This document shows, piece by piece, positions 17,485 through 26,904 of a stretch of DNA of 64,000 bases. This stretch comes from Bacillales bacterium. GTDB lineage: Bacteria; Bacillota; Bacilli; Bacillales; DASSOY01. The first letter of the stretch is position 1, and every line of letters starts with the position of its first letter. The stretch spans positions 431 through 64,430 of the forward strand of contig DASTWO010000033.1 in NCBI GenBank assembly GCA_035776675.1, given 5' to 3'. The position numbers and the translations under genes are program-made. Under the pieces are notes generated by a model. The model was given only the letters and a program-made list of their open reading frames with translations. It ran no database searches and had not been told where the DNA came from.

Positions 17485-18864
17485 CTATAAAACTAAGCGC
17501 CAATAAAATTGAACCGTTAGCAAGACGATAGATATCCATATCAAGAAGACCGCCAAACCAGTTCGGAATAGATTCCTCTCGGAAAAATGACCATAAGAAT
17601 AACAAATCATGTGGACAGGTGATTGCATCACCAGAAAGAAGCCGGGAACACCGGTCAGAAAGACCGTCATAGCAGTCAAAACCGGAGATATACCATTGAC
17701 ATGTTCGCCAATGACAAGGGCAAGCGGAATCATGATCGTCATAAATCCGAGAATGCTGACAAAGACCAATCTGAGCAACAACGTCCCAAAGATAAGAGTG
17801 ATTAATAACAACCACGTATGGCCACCGGGGAAATGGTTAACAAAAACGCTCGCCACCCACTTCAAAGAGCCAGTCTGGATAAGAATGTTGGACAATAATA
17901 AAGTCGATGCAAAGAACAAAAGCATTTCCCAATTGATCGTTTCCTTCGCTTCATCCCATTTCCAGATTCCGATAACCGGAAATAGGGTGGCCGTTGCGCC
18001 AAGCATCCCAATCAACGAAATAGGGTAACCATGGTAAGGTTCCAAAATCCATAATAAAACAGTGAGGCCAATGATGATCATCATCTTCATTTCGGACAAG
18101 TTAATCCGCCCGAGCTGCTCGATTTCTTTATCAATATACAGAATGACGTCCTGTCTATTCATTTTCTCCGGCCTGTACATCCACAATAGAATCCACCATA
18201 ATGCCAGAATGAAGGCAAGGACAGGCGGGGCGAACAACAAAATCCAGCTTAAATAGTTCAAATGAACGGACAGAAATTCATTAAACATACTGAAAGCGTA
18301 AATAGTTGAATTGGCGCCGGTAACAACAACTGCCCCACCAATGCTGACGATATAACTGCACGCGATAAAGAAAGCTTTTGACATGTTTTGTGCTTCCCTC
18401 AGCTGGTTTAAATGCCCCGCGATTTTATCCAAAACGGATGCGACGAGGCTGCCTCTGCCTATGTTAGAAGGGATGAACACGGATAAAGTTAGTACAAGAA
18501 ACATGGTGGTCAGCAATAGAAATTTCCCGCTGCCCCTGGATAAACGCAAAATGTACAAAGAAGTTCGATAGGCAAGGCCGGACTTTAAGAAGGAACCAGC
18601 AAGAAGGTACATTGAAAAGAGCAGCCAAACCACTTCAGAACCAAGAAAGTGAAGCGTTTCATCAAACGGAAGAAAGTGAAACGCAGACACCAACATAATA
18701 AGCAAAGCTGTAAAAGGGGAAGGGAAAACCCCTCCGATCCATAACACCTGAGCGATTGCCAGCAATGCGAAAGCCTGGATTTTCTGGTTCCAATCAAAGA
18801 AAACAGGGGAGATGAATGCGAGATACACTGCAATAGAGAATAGAATCATAAATCTTTTAGCCAT
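17485..18864 (-). CDS. Anion permease of the ion-transporter superfamily (SLC13/DASS-like)
   Basis: 459 aa, about 12 or more hydrophobic helices. N-terminal pattern LLAIAQVLWIGGVFPSPFTALLIML resembles DASS/ArsB-NhaD permeases. Confidence 0.6.
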   Translation of the reverse strand: MAKRFMILFSIAVYLAFISPVFFDWNQKIQAFALLAIAQVLWIGGVFPSPFTALLIMLVSAFHFLPFDETLHFLGSEVVWLLFSMYLLAGSFLKSGLAYRTSLYILRLSRGSGKFLLLTTMFLVLTLSVFIPSNIGRGSLVASVLDKIAGHLNQLREAQNMSKAFFIACSYIVSIGGAVVVTGANSTIYAFSMFNEFLSVHLNYLSWILLFAPPVLAFILALWWILLWMYRPEKMNRQDVILYIDKEIEQLGRINLSEMKMMIIIGLTVLLWILEPYHGYPISLIGMLGATATLFPVIGIWKWDEAKETINWEMLLFFASTLLLSNILIQTGSLKWVASVFVNHFPGGHTWLLLITLIFGTLLLRLVFVSILGFMTIMIPLALVIGEHVNGISPVLTAMTVFLTGVPGFFLVMQSPVHMICYSYGHFSERNLFRTGLAVFLIWISIVLLTVQFYWRLVL

Positions 18865-18891
18865 AAGTGATCCCCGTTACATGATTGACAT

Positions 18892-20424
18892 TTAATCTGA
18901 GACTTGCATATTTTCATCCTGGCTGCCCGTTTGATTGTCTTTTTTCTTTTGGACTTGCTTAATAATCAATGGATAGAAAATCGACAGAACCGTCAAACAA
19001 ACCAAAATAATAGAGAGAGAAGAGTTGAAAAAGATGCCAAAGCCTTCGTTGGAGGCGGCCAGTCCTCTTCTAAAGTTCTGTTCCATGGTGTTTCCGACAA
19101 TTAACGCCAATATCAATGGGGCAATCGGGAAGTCGAACAACTTCATAAATAGCCCGATGATCCCGAATATGATCAGTAAATAAAAGTCGATTACGCTGAA
19201 ATTCATTGTGTAGGTCCCGATAAAGGCCAATACCAGGATCAATGGATAAAGAATTTTCGGTGGTGTATCCAGAATCTTGACGAACATGCCGACCATAAAA
19301 ATGTTGATCAAAAACAAAAAGATATTACCTATTAACATACTGTCGATTAAAGACCAAACCATGTTTGGATCGTTTTTAAATAACAATGGCCCCGGTTGCA
19401 GCCCTAACATGATTAGAGCGCCGAGCATTACAGCGGTCGTTCCGGAACTGGGAATACCCATTGTTAATAGGGGAACCATCGCACCTACGGAAGCCGCGTT
19501 ATTCGATGTTTCAGGAGCGGCGAGTCCTTCAATCGCCCCTTTTCCAAACTCATCTCGCCTTTTCGAAATTTGCTTTTCTATAGAATAACTTTGCATGGAG
19601 GCCGCAGAACCGCCTGAACCGGGTATAATGCCTGAAATAAATCCTATCGGGCCATGACGCAACATCAGCCATTTAATCCTTTTCCATTGTTCTTTGGTAA
19701 TCCAGACACGTCCGAGTTTATTCTTTTGCGCTTTCGCTTTATCGATAGTCAGATAGTTAAATAGAACTTCCCCGACCGCGTAAATGCCAATAATTACGAC
19801 TAGCAGCCCGATGCCTGAACTGAGTTGGGGTATTTCGAAAGTGTAACGGTAAACGCCGGTTTGGAGATCAACCCCAATCGTGCTGATCAATAAACCGATC
19901 CCCATTGAAATAAAGCCTTTGGTCATTTTGCCAATTGATAAGGAGACGACCATTGAAAGCGTAAAGACCATCAACCAAAAGTATTCCGCCGGACCAAATG
20001 CAAGGGCAAAATGCGCCAAAGGCTTAACCAGGATCATAAATCCGAATACGGCGATGAGCCCACCAACCAAGGAACCGATGGCACATGCTGCGATCGCCTG
20101 GCCGGCTTTTCCTTGTTTGGCCATAATATGGCCATCGAATGTAGCGGCGACTGCTGATCCATCCCCAGGTGTGTTGAGTAGAATGGAACTCACAGATCCG
20201 CCGTACATGGCTCCGTAATAAATGGTAGCCATCAAGATCAGTGCACTGGTAGGATCCATTCCAAAGGTTACCGGAATAAGAACAGCAACTGCAGTAGCCG
20301 GACCCAACCCCGGAAGCATTCCGACAATGGTTCCAAGGAAACCTCCGAACATCACGTAAAGTAGATTTTCAGGTTGAAACACCGTCATAAATCCCTGCAT
20401 AATGCTATGAAAATCAATTCCCAT
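18892..20424 (-). CDS. tctA: Tripartite tricarboxylate transporter large permease TctA
   Basis: 510 aa. LGTIVGMLPGLGPATAVAVLIP and IIPGSGGSAASMQSYSIEK are typical of TctA. Confidence 0.88.
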   Translation of the reverse strand: MGIDFHSIMQGFMTVFQPENLLYVMFGGFLGTIVGMLPGLGPATAVAVLIPVTFGMDPTSALILMATIYYGAMYGGSVSSILLNTPGDGSAVAATFDGHIMAKQGKAGQAIAACAIGSLVGGLIAVFGFMILVKPLAHFALAFGPAEYFWLMVFTLSMVVSLSIGKMTKGFISMGIGLLISTIGVDLQTGVYRYTFEIPQLSSGIGLLVVIIGIYAVGEVLFNYLTIDKAKAQKNKLGRVWITKEQWKRIKWLMLRHGPIGFISGIIPGSGGSAASMQSYSIEKQISKRRDEFGKGAIEGLAAPETSNNAASVGAMVPLLTMGIPSSGTTAVMLGALIMLGLQPGPLLFKNDPNMVWSLIDSMLIGNIFLFLINIFMVGMFVKILDTPPKILYPLILVLAFIGTYTMNFSVIDFYLLIIFGIIGLFMKLFDFPIAPLILALIVGNTMEQNFRRGLAASNEGFGIFFNSSLSIILVCLTVLSIFYPLIIKQVQKKKDNQTGSQDENMQVSD

Positions 20425-20439
20425 GTTCCTTCCTCCTTC

Positions 20440-20898
20440 CTACGGCAAACTGATATGCAAAAGTTTCTCAAACGCATACCAGAAGACTAATGTAAAGAGA
20501 ACGGCAACTATTATATTAGTGATCCACTTTCGCCAACCGTTCACGACAAACAATAACGCGCACAAGAATAAGACGGTAGACGGAATAAAACCTATTCTCA
20601 AAAACAGAAAACTATAGATAACTCCCAATACAAGGGTGGAAATACTCAGAAACAGAATACGCTTACTAAACAGTTGTTTAAGTTCCGGATTGTCTTTCTC
20701 CCCTTTAAGGATCACTTGAATGAAATAAGCCATGCTTACGATAAATAGAAAAACACTAATCATTAAGGGAAAGTAGCGCGGGGCGTTCGGATCACCCAAA
20801 CTGGCTTCCGGTAAATTGATAGTCAAGATAAAATAAATGATACTGATTAATACAAAGAAGACGGGCATGCCGTATTGTGCGTATTTCATAGGATCCAT
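20440..20898 (-). CDS. tctB: Tripartite tricarboxylate transporter small subunit TctB
   Basis: 152 aa with 4 TM helices, positioned between tctC and tctA. The start may be the ATG at 20889. Confidence 0.75.
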   Translation of the reverse strand: MDPMKYAQYGMPVFFVLISIIYFILTINLPEASLGDPNAPRYFPLMISVFLFIVSMAYFIQVILKGEKDNPELKQLFSKRILFLSISTLVLGVIYSFLFLRIGFIPSTVLFLCALLFVVNGWRKWITNIIVAVLFTLVFWYAFEKLLHISLP

Positions 20899-20958
20899 CC
20901 TTTGATGGAACGTATAAATAGATCCGGAAGGGATCTATTTATACGTTCTTTAATTTTT

Positions 20959-21969
20959 CTACTTCACTAAACCAGCGCTTTTAACGAGTTCTTGATACTT
21001 TTCCACTTGTGCTTTCAAGAATTTCTTCGTTTCACTGCTGTCTTTATAGAAGGACTCCCACTGATTATTTGCGAGAACCTCTTTCCAAGCGTCTGTTTTC
21101 ACCATTTTCCCGATTTTCTTATCCCAGAAGTCGATAGCTGCCTGGGACATGTCCGGCGGTCCCATAACACCTCTCCAGTGAGGGAAGACCACATCAATGC
21201 CCTGTTCCTTCCAGGTTGGAACATCTTTCAAATCTGAAAGGCGTTCTCCGGAAGTGACAGCCAGGATATCAACTTTCCCAGCTTTGTACTGTTGTTTGAT
21301 TTCTGATACGGACATCATGGCCGCGTCAACATGATTTCCAACCAATGCTTGAACCTGATCTCCGCCGCTTCCGTAAATCAGGAAATTGATTTGTGAAACA
21401 TCGACTCCGAAAGTATTGCAAGCTTCAACAAAGGAAAGATGAGCGTCATTGCCGAGACCCGGCGCAATCGCGATTTTGACCGATTTAGGATCTTTCTTAA
21501 GTTGTTCCAACAACGCTTTACCACTTTCAAATTTGGAATCAGAAGGCACGACGAGAGCCATCCACTCCGTTGTTAAAATAGCGATTGGTGTAAATTGCTT
21601 GTAAGTCAGTTCACTATGACCCAACAAATGGTTAGTAATGACAAGGCTTGAATTGATGGCAAGGGTATGGCCGTCTTGCTTCTCCAGGTACTTCCAGCCC
21701 ACCTCACCGCTTCCTCCGGGTTTGTTAATCACGGAAATGGGTTTTTCAACTAATTTTTTCCCTTTTAATACTTTTTTCATTGATCGGGCCGTGGTATCCC
21801 AGCCACCGCCAGGGGTGGCTGGGGCAACCAAAGTAATGTTCTTAGTGGGGAAATTGCTCTTTTCCTTTCCGCCTGAACCGGAATCTTCTCCTGAATCTGA
21901 ACTTTGGGATGAACAAGCTCCAAGAACGAGTAACAACAATGATGTAAAAATGATTAAAACCTTTTTCAA
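20959..21969 (-). CDS. tctC: Tripartite tricarboxylate transporter substrate-binding lipoprotein TctC (Bug family)
   Basis: TTG start at 21969 with RBS GAAGGAGGGAAC. Lipobox LLVLGAC. Bug-family length; the track ORF extends to 22086. Confidence 0.8.
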   Translation of the reverse strand: MKKVLIIFTSLLLLVLGACSSQSSDSGEDSGSGGKEKSNFPTKNITLVAPATPGGGWDTTARSMKKVLKGKKLVEKPISVINKPGGSGEVGWKYLEKQDGHTLAINSSLVITNHLLGHSELTYKQFTPIAILTTEWMALVVPSDSKFESGKALLEQLKKDPKSVKIAIAPGLGNDAHLSFVEACNTFGVDVSQINFLIYGSGGDQVQALVGNHVDAAMMSVSEIKQQYKAGKVDILAVTSGERLSDLKDVPTWKEQGIDVVFPHWRGVMGPPDMSQAAIDFWDKKIGKMVKTDAWKEVLANNQWESFYKDSSETKKFLKAQVEKYQELVKSAGLVK

Positions 21970-22000
21970 AATGTTCCCTCCTTCAAAAGTTTTCTTTCCC

Positions 22001-22028
22001 ATTGTAAAATAGGGAACCGGGAATGTAA
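22001..22028 (-). promoter_or_regulatory. Putative sigma-A promoter of the tctCBA-DASS-prpDB operon
   Basis: Minus strand TTACAT (22023-22028)-N16-TACAAT (22001-22006), about 30 nt upstream of the tctC start. Confidence 0.4.
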
Positions 22029-22085
22029 CCGTTTCCAACATAAATGGTTTAAAGGACATTAAATAAGTTTTGTTCATTTTGGTCA

Positions 22086-22117
22086 CAAAAAAATCACCTT
22101 GTCTGCCTCAAGATGAT
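22086..22117 (-). terminator. Rho-independent terminator after the response regulator gene
   Basis: Minus strand ATCATCTTG-AGGCAGA-CAAGGTGAT followed by TTTTTTT. It overlaps the stop codon. Confidence 0.65.
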
Positions 22118-22794
22118 TAATCGGGAACACGGTATCGTCTCTCCGGACGTCCGACAATTCCATATTCAAGTTCGGCCTTCGCGTCTCCAACCGATATTAA
22201 ATATTCCAGGTATCTCCGTGCCGTTGTTCGCGATGCCCCCATGCTTACACCGACTTCCTCAGCGGTTAACCCGTTTCTAGCCTCTGTAATAATATCGTTT
22301 ACCTTAGTTAAGGTAAGGGGGTCAATTCCTTTTGGCAAGTCTGTTTTCTGTGGTGTTTTGCTATTCTTGATGCCAAGATAATGATCAACCAATGTTTGAT
22401 CCACCTGGTTTTGAGTAGTTAACAACTTTCTTCGGCTTTTGTATTCTTCAATGGTTTCAATAAATTGATCCAGGGTAATAGGTTTAATCAGATAATGAAC
22501 GACACCGTTCCGTACAGACTTTTCAAGCAGGGATTTGTCCGTAGAAGCCGTTATCATAATGATATCTACTTTGGGAAACTCTTCACGAATAGCGGGTAAA
22601 AGGTCAGTGCCCAGTTCATCCGGCATATAAATGTCCAAAAGCAATAAATCAATAGAATGATTTCGTAATAAATCCATTGTTTCCCGGGCGTTTAATGCTT
22701 TTCCAACCAATTCAATGCCCGTGACTTTTGTCAGGAATTGTTCATGCACCGCAGCAACTCTGAAATCATCTTCCGCTATAGCTGCCCTTAACAA
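22117..22794 (-). CDS. Response regulator, CitT/DcuR (CitB) family
   Basis: TTG start with RBS AAGGAGGG. Receiver domain LLLLDIYMPDELG. C-terminal HTH as in citrate/malate regulators. Confidence 0.88.
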   Translation of the reverse strand: MLRAAIAEDDFRVAAVHEQFLTKVTGIELVGKALNARETMDLLRNHSIDLLLLDIYMPDELGTDLLPAIREEFPKVDIIMITASTDKSLLEKSVRNGVVHYLIKPITLDQFIETIEEYKSRRKLLTTQNQVDQTLVDHYLGIKNSKTPQKTDLPKGIDPLTLTKVNDIITEARNGLTAEEVGVSMGASRTTARRYLEYLISVGDAKAELEYGIVGRPERRYRVPD

Positions 22795-22818
22795 TTATTA
22801 TCCCTCCTTGAGACCAGG

Positions 22819-24444
22819 CTATTTCTGGTCAAATCCATTTGTGTAATAAGCATTTGCTTTCGGTATATAAGTGGTGAAAATGGCTCCGCCCTCCTTCGAA
22901 TTAAAGAAGTCAATCGTCCCATTCAATTCCCGAACTGTTTTCCGGACATTTGCCAATCCGTATCCCCGGTTATTCCCGCCCTTCGAAGAAAATCCTTTGT
23001 CAAATAAGTGTTCTATCGCTTCTTTAGGGACTCCCGGTCCGTTATCGGATATCTCGATTACGATATCATCTCCCATGTCAATGGTGAAGAAACCAACTTC
23101 CCCTTGCTCCTGTCCTTGGACAGCTTCAAAGGCATTGTCAATCAGATTCCCGATAATGGTGATCAACTGTGAGATTTTTACATGAGGAGGTAAAGGATCC
23201 AAAGAGCTGTTGGAATCAATATTGAAATCTATCTTCTTTTCCGATGCCTTGCTCAACTTACCCAGTAAGATGGCCTGTACTTTCGCATCGTGGATTTGAT
23301 CAAATAAAATACGGTTTTGTTGGCTGTGGACATTGGACTCTTTCTGAATCATATTGATGGCTTCCGTATATTGGCCCAATTGCAAAAGTCCTGATAGCAC
23401 ATACAATTTATTCGTGAATTCATGGGTTTGCGCTCTTAAATCTTCGGAGTACTTTCTCACCTCGGAAAGGGTATCGATCATGTCCTGAATTTCCGTTTTG
23501 TCACGAAAACTGGAGACCACACCGACAATACGTTCATTTTTTATTACGGGTGTCCGGTTAACAATCAATACCTTTTCCTTAAAGAACATCTCCCGGTTAC
23601 TTTCGGGCGCACCGGTTTCAAGTAACTTTAACATTTCGGTTTCAGGTACAAGTTCGCGGATAGGCTTTCGTACGGCATCTTTGCTTAACCCCAGTATGTT
23701 TTGGGCCGATTTATTCAACATTGTGATGAGGCCATGCTCGTCAATGGCCAGGATTCCTTCTTTGACTGATGAAAGAATAGCGTTCCTTTCTCTATATAAT
23801 GATGCAATTTCATAAGGTTCCAGTCCCAATGTTTCTTTCTTGATGTTCTTGGCAAGAAGGATTCCTCCGATAATGCCGACAGCAAGAACAAATAAGGCAA
23901 ACAAGCTGCTCTTTAAGATTTTCTGGACAATGGCTGAACGAATTTCCTTCTGCAGGAATCCGACTGAAACGACGCCTTCCAACTTTCTATATGTCTCGTA
24001 GTCTACGAAAATGGGGGCTTTCCCCCGGATGGCTTTTCCCAATCTTCCTTTGGTTTCAGTATTATAGTATCCGCCTAGAACAAGTGCCTTATAGTTGTCG
24101 TCGCTTTCCATTTGTTTGCCGATCATATCGGGGTCTGGGTAAGAATAAATAACCCCGTTCCGGTTGGCGATAATAACTGTTGCGGCATTTACTTCATCAC
24201 GAACACGCTCAGCGACTCCTTGTATTTCGGGCGAAGGATGATCGGAGCGAAGTGCCTCTTTAACGGTGGGCATATAAGAAACCATTTTTGCGGTTTGCAA
24301 CGCCAGCTGCTTCATTTGTTTCCGGGTTTCCTTGTATTCCAGATAAGACGATATGGCCGTAAGAAGGATGATTACAAATAATATCAAGGCGATGATCAGA
24401 ACCAATATTTTCGTTTGCAGGGAAACTCGTAATATATTCTTCAT
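22819..24444 (-). CDS. Sensor histidine kinase, CitS/DcuS (CitA) family
   Basis: Two TM helices flank an extracytoplasmic sensor domain, followed by a cytoplasmic PAS domain. H-box AQTHEFTNKLYVLSGLLQLG. ATPase motifs NLIDNAFEA, DNGPGV, GYGLANV. Confidence 0.9.
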   Translation of the reverse strand: MKNILRVSLQTKILVLIIALILFVIILLTAISSYLEYKETRKQMKQLALQTAKMVSYMPTVKEALRSDHPSPEIQGVAERVRDEVNAATVIIANRNGVIYSYPDPDMIGKQMESDDNYKALVLGGYYNTETKGRLGKAIRGKAPIFVDYETYRKLEGVVSVGFLQKEIRSAIVQKILKSSLFALFVLAVGIIGGILLAKNIKKETLGLEPYEIASLYRERNAILSSVKEGILAIDEHGLITMLNKSAQNILGLSKDAVRKPIRELVPETEMLKLLETGAPESNREMFFKEKVLIVNRTPVIKNERIVGVVSSFRDKTEIQDMIDTLSEVRKYSEDLRAQTHEFTNKLYVLSGLLQLGQYTEAINMIQKESNVHSQQNRILFDQIHDAKVQAILLGKLSKASEKKIDFNIDSNSSLDPLPPHVKISQLITIIGNLIDNAFEAVQGQEQGEVGFFTIDMGDDIVIEISDNGPGVPKEAIEHLFDKGFSSKGGNNRGYGLANVRKTVRELNGTIDFFNSKEGGAIFTTYIPKANAYYTNGFDQK

Positions 24445-24519
24445 ATGAGGCTCCTGTGTGGGATGCGGGCTGTTTGTAACGTATATTTTATCAAATTTTC
24501 TTATTATTGGACACCCTTC

Positions 24520-25755
24520 TTATTGTCGTTCCCAGGTTTCGCCTCGGTCGGTTGTTTTGTAAAGCGAAGTTTGATTGTATACGAGCCAACCTGTTTGCGG
24601 AGAGACAAATTCAAGATCCGTGGTCGCTTCAACTGCCGGTGCTCCCAGCTTTTCACGGATCCAATGTTTGCCTTGGTCTGCGGAGAAATAGAAGTGGTTG
24701 CCGTCTGCCGCGTACCAATGATTTAAGTCAAGAAAGTCGTAAACGAGACGACGGGAACCGGGTTTCTGCTCAATTTGGCCAGAGACTTCCCAACTTTCCC
24801 CGGCATTGTGCGTTGTATAATACAGCATGCTGATATTATGTTTGTCTGAGCTAATTCTGACGGGCAGAACCGCGTCTTTTTTTGTGAAAAATACCGGTGG
24901 GAATGTTGTCATCCAGGCAGATTCCATAGACTGAGGGACAGGCAATGAATCCCGTTCCCACGTCTTACCGCCGTCATGTGTCGCAAAAAGATAGGGCTTA
25001 CCTGATGCATCAAATCCAGTGAGCCATCCGGTTGTTTCATTGATGAAACGAAAGCCGGTTTTGTCCCCGCCGAAAGGAATTGTAGAATCGGATTGTTGCG
25101 GCATACCAATGGCTGTACTCGTCCAATTCTGTCCTCCGTCATGAGTGTGGAACCATTCAATTCTTTCGCTTCCCGCCGCGAGGCCAGGGCTAATGAGAAC
25201 CCAACCGTTCTTCGAATCAAGAAAATGAATTTGTATGATTCGGCCTTTGTCTTTGAAATTGGTTTGGCCCCATGTTTTTCCACCGTCTTGAGTGAACAAA
25301 AGGTGGATTTGATGGGATCCTTTGTTAGGGGTATAGCCGATCCAGCCTGTTTGTGGATTCAGAAAGAATGCGGATGTCATTCCCGGATATCCGCCGGTAA
25401 TGGTCTTCATAACTTTCCAATGTTCCCCGCCGTCAATGGTTTTCAGAATGTCCACTGTTCTTTTCGAGGTTGCGAATTTCCATCCTGTTGTTTCGCTTAT
25501 CATGTCGATATCAATGAGATTGAATGTTTGTTGGTTCGATGGGGCGGAGGTTTTTGTCTTTTGATCGTTCTCAATCGATTTATTGGTTTGGCTTTCATGA
25601 TTCTGCTCTGCTAGCGGCGTTGTGTTCGCAGGTGGTGTTCCTTTGTTCTCAGATGTAAAATAAATGCCGACCGCAAAAATGAGGAATACAATTGAGCCGA
25701 TGATCGCTTGTCGCCAGCTGATTTTTTGTTTTGGATTGCGGGGGTCATTTCCCAA
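24520..25755 (-). CDS. Membrane-anchored BNR/Asp-box beta-propeller protein (Ycf48-like)
   Basis: TTG start with RBS AAAGGCGGA. N-terminal TM helix. Seven Asp-box-like repeats: DGGEHW, DGGKTW, DGGQNW, DGGKTW, NAGESW, DQGKHW, DRGETW. Confidence 0.8.
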   Translation of the reverse strand: MGNDPRNPKQKISWRQAIIGSIVFLIFAVGIYFTSENKGTPPANTTPLAEQNHESQTNKSIENDQKTKTSAPSNQQTFNLIDIDMISETTGWKFATSKRTVDILKTIDGGEHWKVMKTITGGYPGMTSAFFLNPQTGWIGYTPNKGSHQIHLLFTQDGGKTWGQTNFKDKGRIIQIHFLDSKNGWVLISPGLAAGSERIEWFHTHDGGQNWTSTAIGMPQQSDSTIPFGGDKTGFRFINETTGWLTGFDASGKPYLFATHDGGKTWERDSLPVPQSMESAWMTTFPPVFFTKKDAVLPVRISSDKHNISMLYYTTHNAGESWEVSGQIEQKPGSRRLVYDFLDLNHWYAADGNHFYFSADQGKHWIREKLGAPAVEATTDLEFVSPQTGWLVYNQTSLYKTTDRGETWERQ

Positions 25756-25915
25756 ATTGTTTCCGCCTTTCTATGGTTCGTGGTTTCGTTAACTGCGTGA
25801 AAGAGATCGTTTGGTTCGTTACCCGCCGTGTCTTTTCATCTGTATTTTCTTTATTTTAAGTGATTTGCGCTGAAAATCATAACCCTTGTGCTGCGGGTTG
25901 CTTTTTATGCTCTAT

Positions 25916-25959
25916 ATGTTACAATAAGGTCACATATAAAATGTTACTTATAAGTCACA
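25916..25959 (+). promoter_or_regulatory. Two 19-bp imperfect palindromes (candidate operator of the ArsR-family gene)
   Basis: ATGTTACAATAAGGTCACA (25916-25934) and ATGTTACTTATAAGTCACA (25941-25959). Each is TGTTAC-N6-GTCACA. TACAAT inside the first could be a -10 element. Confidence 0.5.
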
Positions 25960-25987
25960 CGATTTTTTTGAATAGAGGAGGTTGAAC

Positions 25988-26764
25988 GTGAATGAGCAAC
26001 TAACGGAGGTTTTCAAGGCGTTGGCCCATCCATACAGACAATCAATTCTGGATTTGTTGGCTGCAAGACCTATGACAACCGGTGAGGTAAGCGACCATTT
26101 TACAGAGGTTTCCCGATACGCTGTCATGAAACATTTGAATACACTTGTGGAAGCAAACCTTGTTGTGGCAAGGAAGAAGGGGCGTAAACGCTACAATTAT
26201 TTGAATGTCATGCCTTTGCAAATGATTAAGGAACGCTGGCTGAATGGTTATGATTCACTCATGGCTGAATCTCTATTGAATGTCAGAGAACTTTCCGAAA
26301 ACCCTGAGGAGGAGAAGATAATGGCTGAAAACTTGGAGAACCAATTGTTTGAAATCGAACAGGAAGTGCAAATTAAGGCCCCCAGACAAGACGTATTTCA
26401 TGCTTTGACCCATAAAATTAACGGATGGTGGTCGGAACGTTTGTTTAAGGATTCCGTAATGGAAGTGGAACCGCGGTTGGGCGGTAAGTTTATTGAGACA
26501 GGTGAAGACGGAAAGGCGGCATTGTGGGGAATGATTACCTACATTGTTCCGGATAGTGAAATTTGGTTGGATGGAAATTTGGGAATGCCGGGTCCGGTTA
26601 AAGGCCATTATCAGTATAAGCTAGAAGAACTGGACGAAGGTACAACCCAATTGAAATTATCCCATTCGGTAGTCGGGCCGCATGTCTCGGATTGGCGGAA
26701 GGACTACGAAAACGGCTGGAGAAGACTACTGGAAACAAAGTTGAAAGATTACCTTGAAAAATAA
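25988..26764 (+). CDS. ArsR/SmtB-family HTH regulator fused to an SRPBCC (AHSA1-like) ligand-binding domain
   Basis: FKALAHPYRQSILDLLAARPMTTGEVSDHF...VMKHLNTLVEANLV is an ArsR HTH. The C-terminal roughly 140 aa are SRPBCC-like. GTG start 7 nt after GAGGAGG (TTG 25982 is the alternative). Confidence 0.8.
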   Translation: MNEQLTEVFKALAHPYRQSILDLLAARPMTTGEVSDHFTEVSRYAVMKHLNTLVEANLVVARKKGRKRYNYLNVMPLQMIKERWLNGYDSLMAESLLNVRELSENPEEEKIMAENLENQLFEIEQEVQIKAPRQDVFHALTHKINGWWSERLFKDSVMEVEPRLGGKFIETGEDGKAALWGMITYIVPDSEIWLDGNLGMPGPVKGHYQYKLEELDEGTTQLKLSHSVVGPHVSDWRKDYENGWRRLLETKLKDYLEK

Positions 26765-26841
26765 AAGAATGGTTGATGACGGCTGGCTGGCTGGGGATTT
26801 CCAGTCAGTCTTTATTTTTCCTATTTTTCGACAGGCGTTCT

Positions 26842-26850
26842 TGGTATAAT
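26842..26850 (+). promoter_or_regulatory. Extended -10 element (TGGTATAAT) upstream of sigma factor 1
   Basis: TGnTATAAT match about 55 nt upstream of the proposed start at 26905. Confidence 0.45.
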
Positions 26851-26904
26851 CAAATTAATGATGAAATCCATTTTTGCCTTGAAATGGAGAACGGAGGAGA
26901 TCAC

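Noticed and set aside
26773-26904. N-terminal extensions of several track ORFs. Examples: sigma-1 from 26773, VOC from 27715, TctC to 22086, EcsC to 5048, PepP from 56900, uracil permease from 52158, MazG-like from 62567.
   Set aside because: The upstream in-frame codons lack an RBS and encode implausible sequence. Internal starts with good Shine-Dalgarno spacing match the expected family N-termini.
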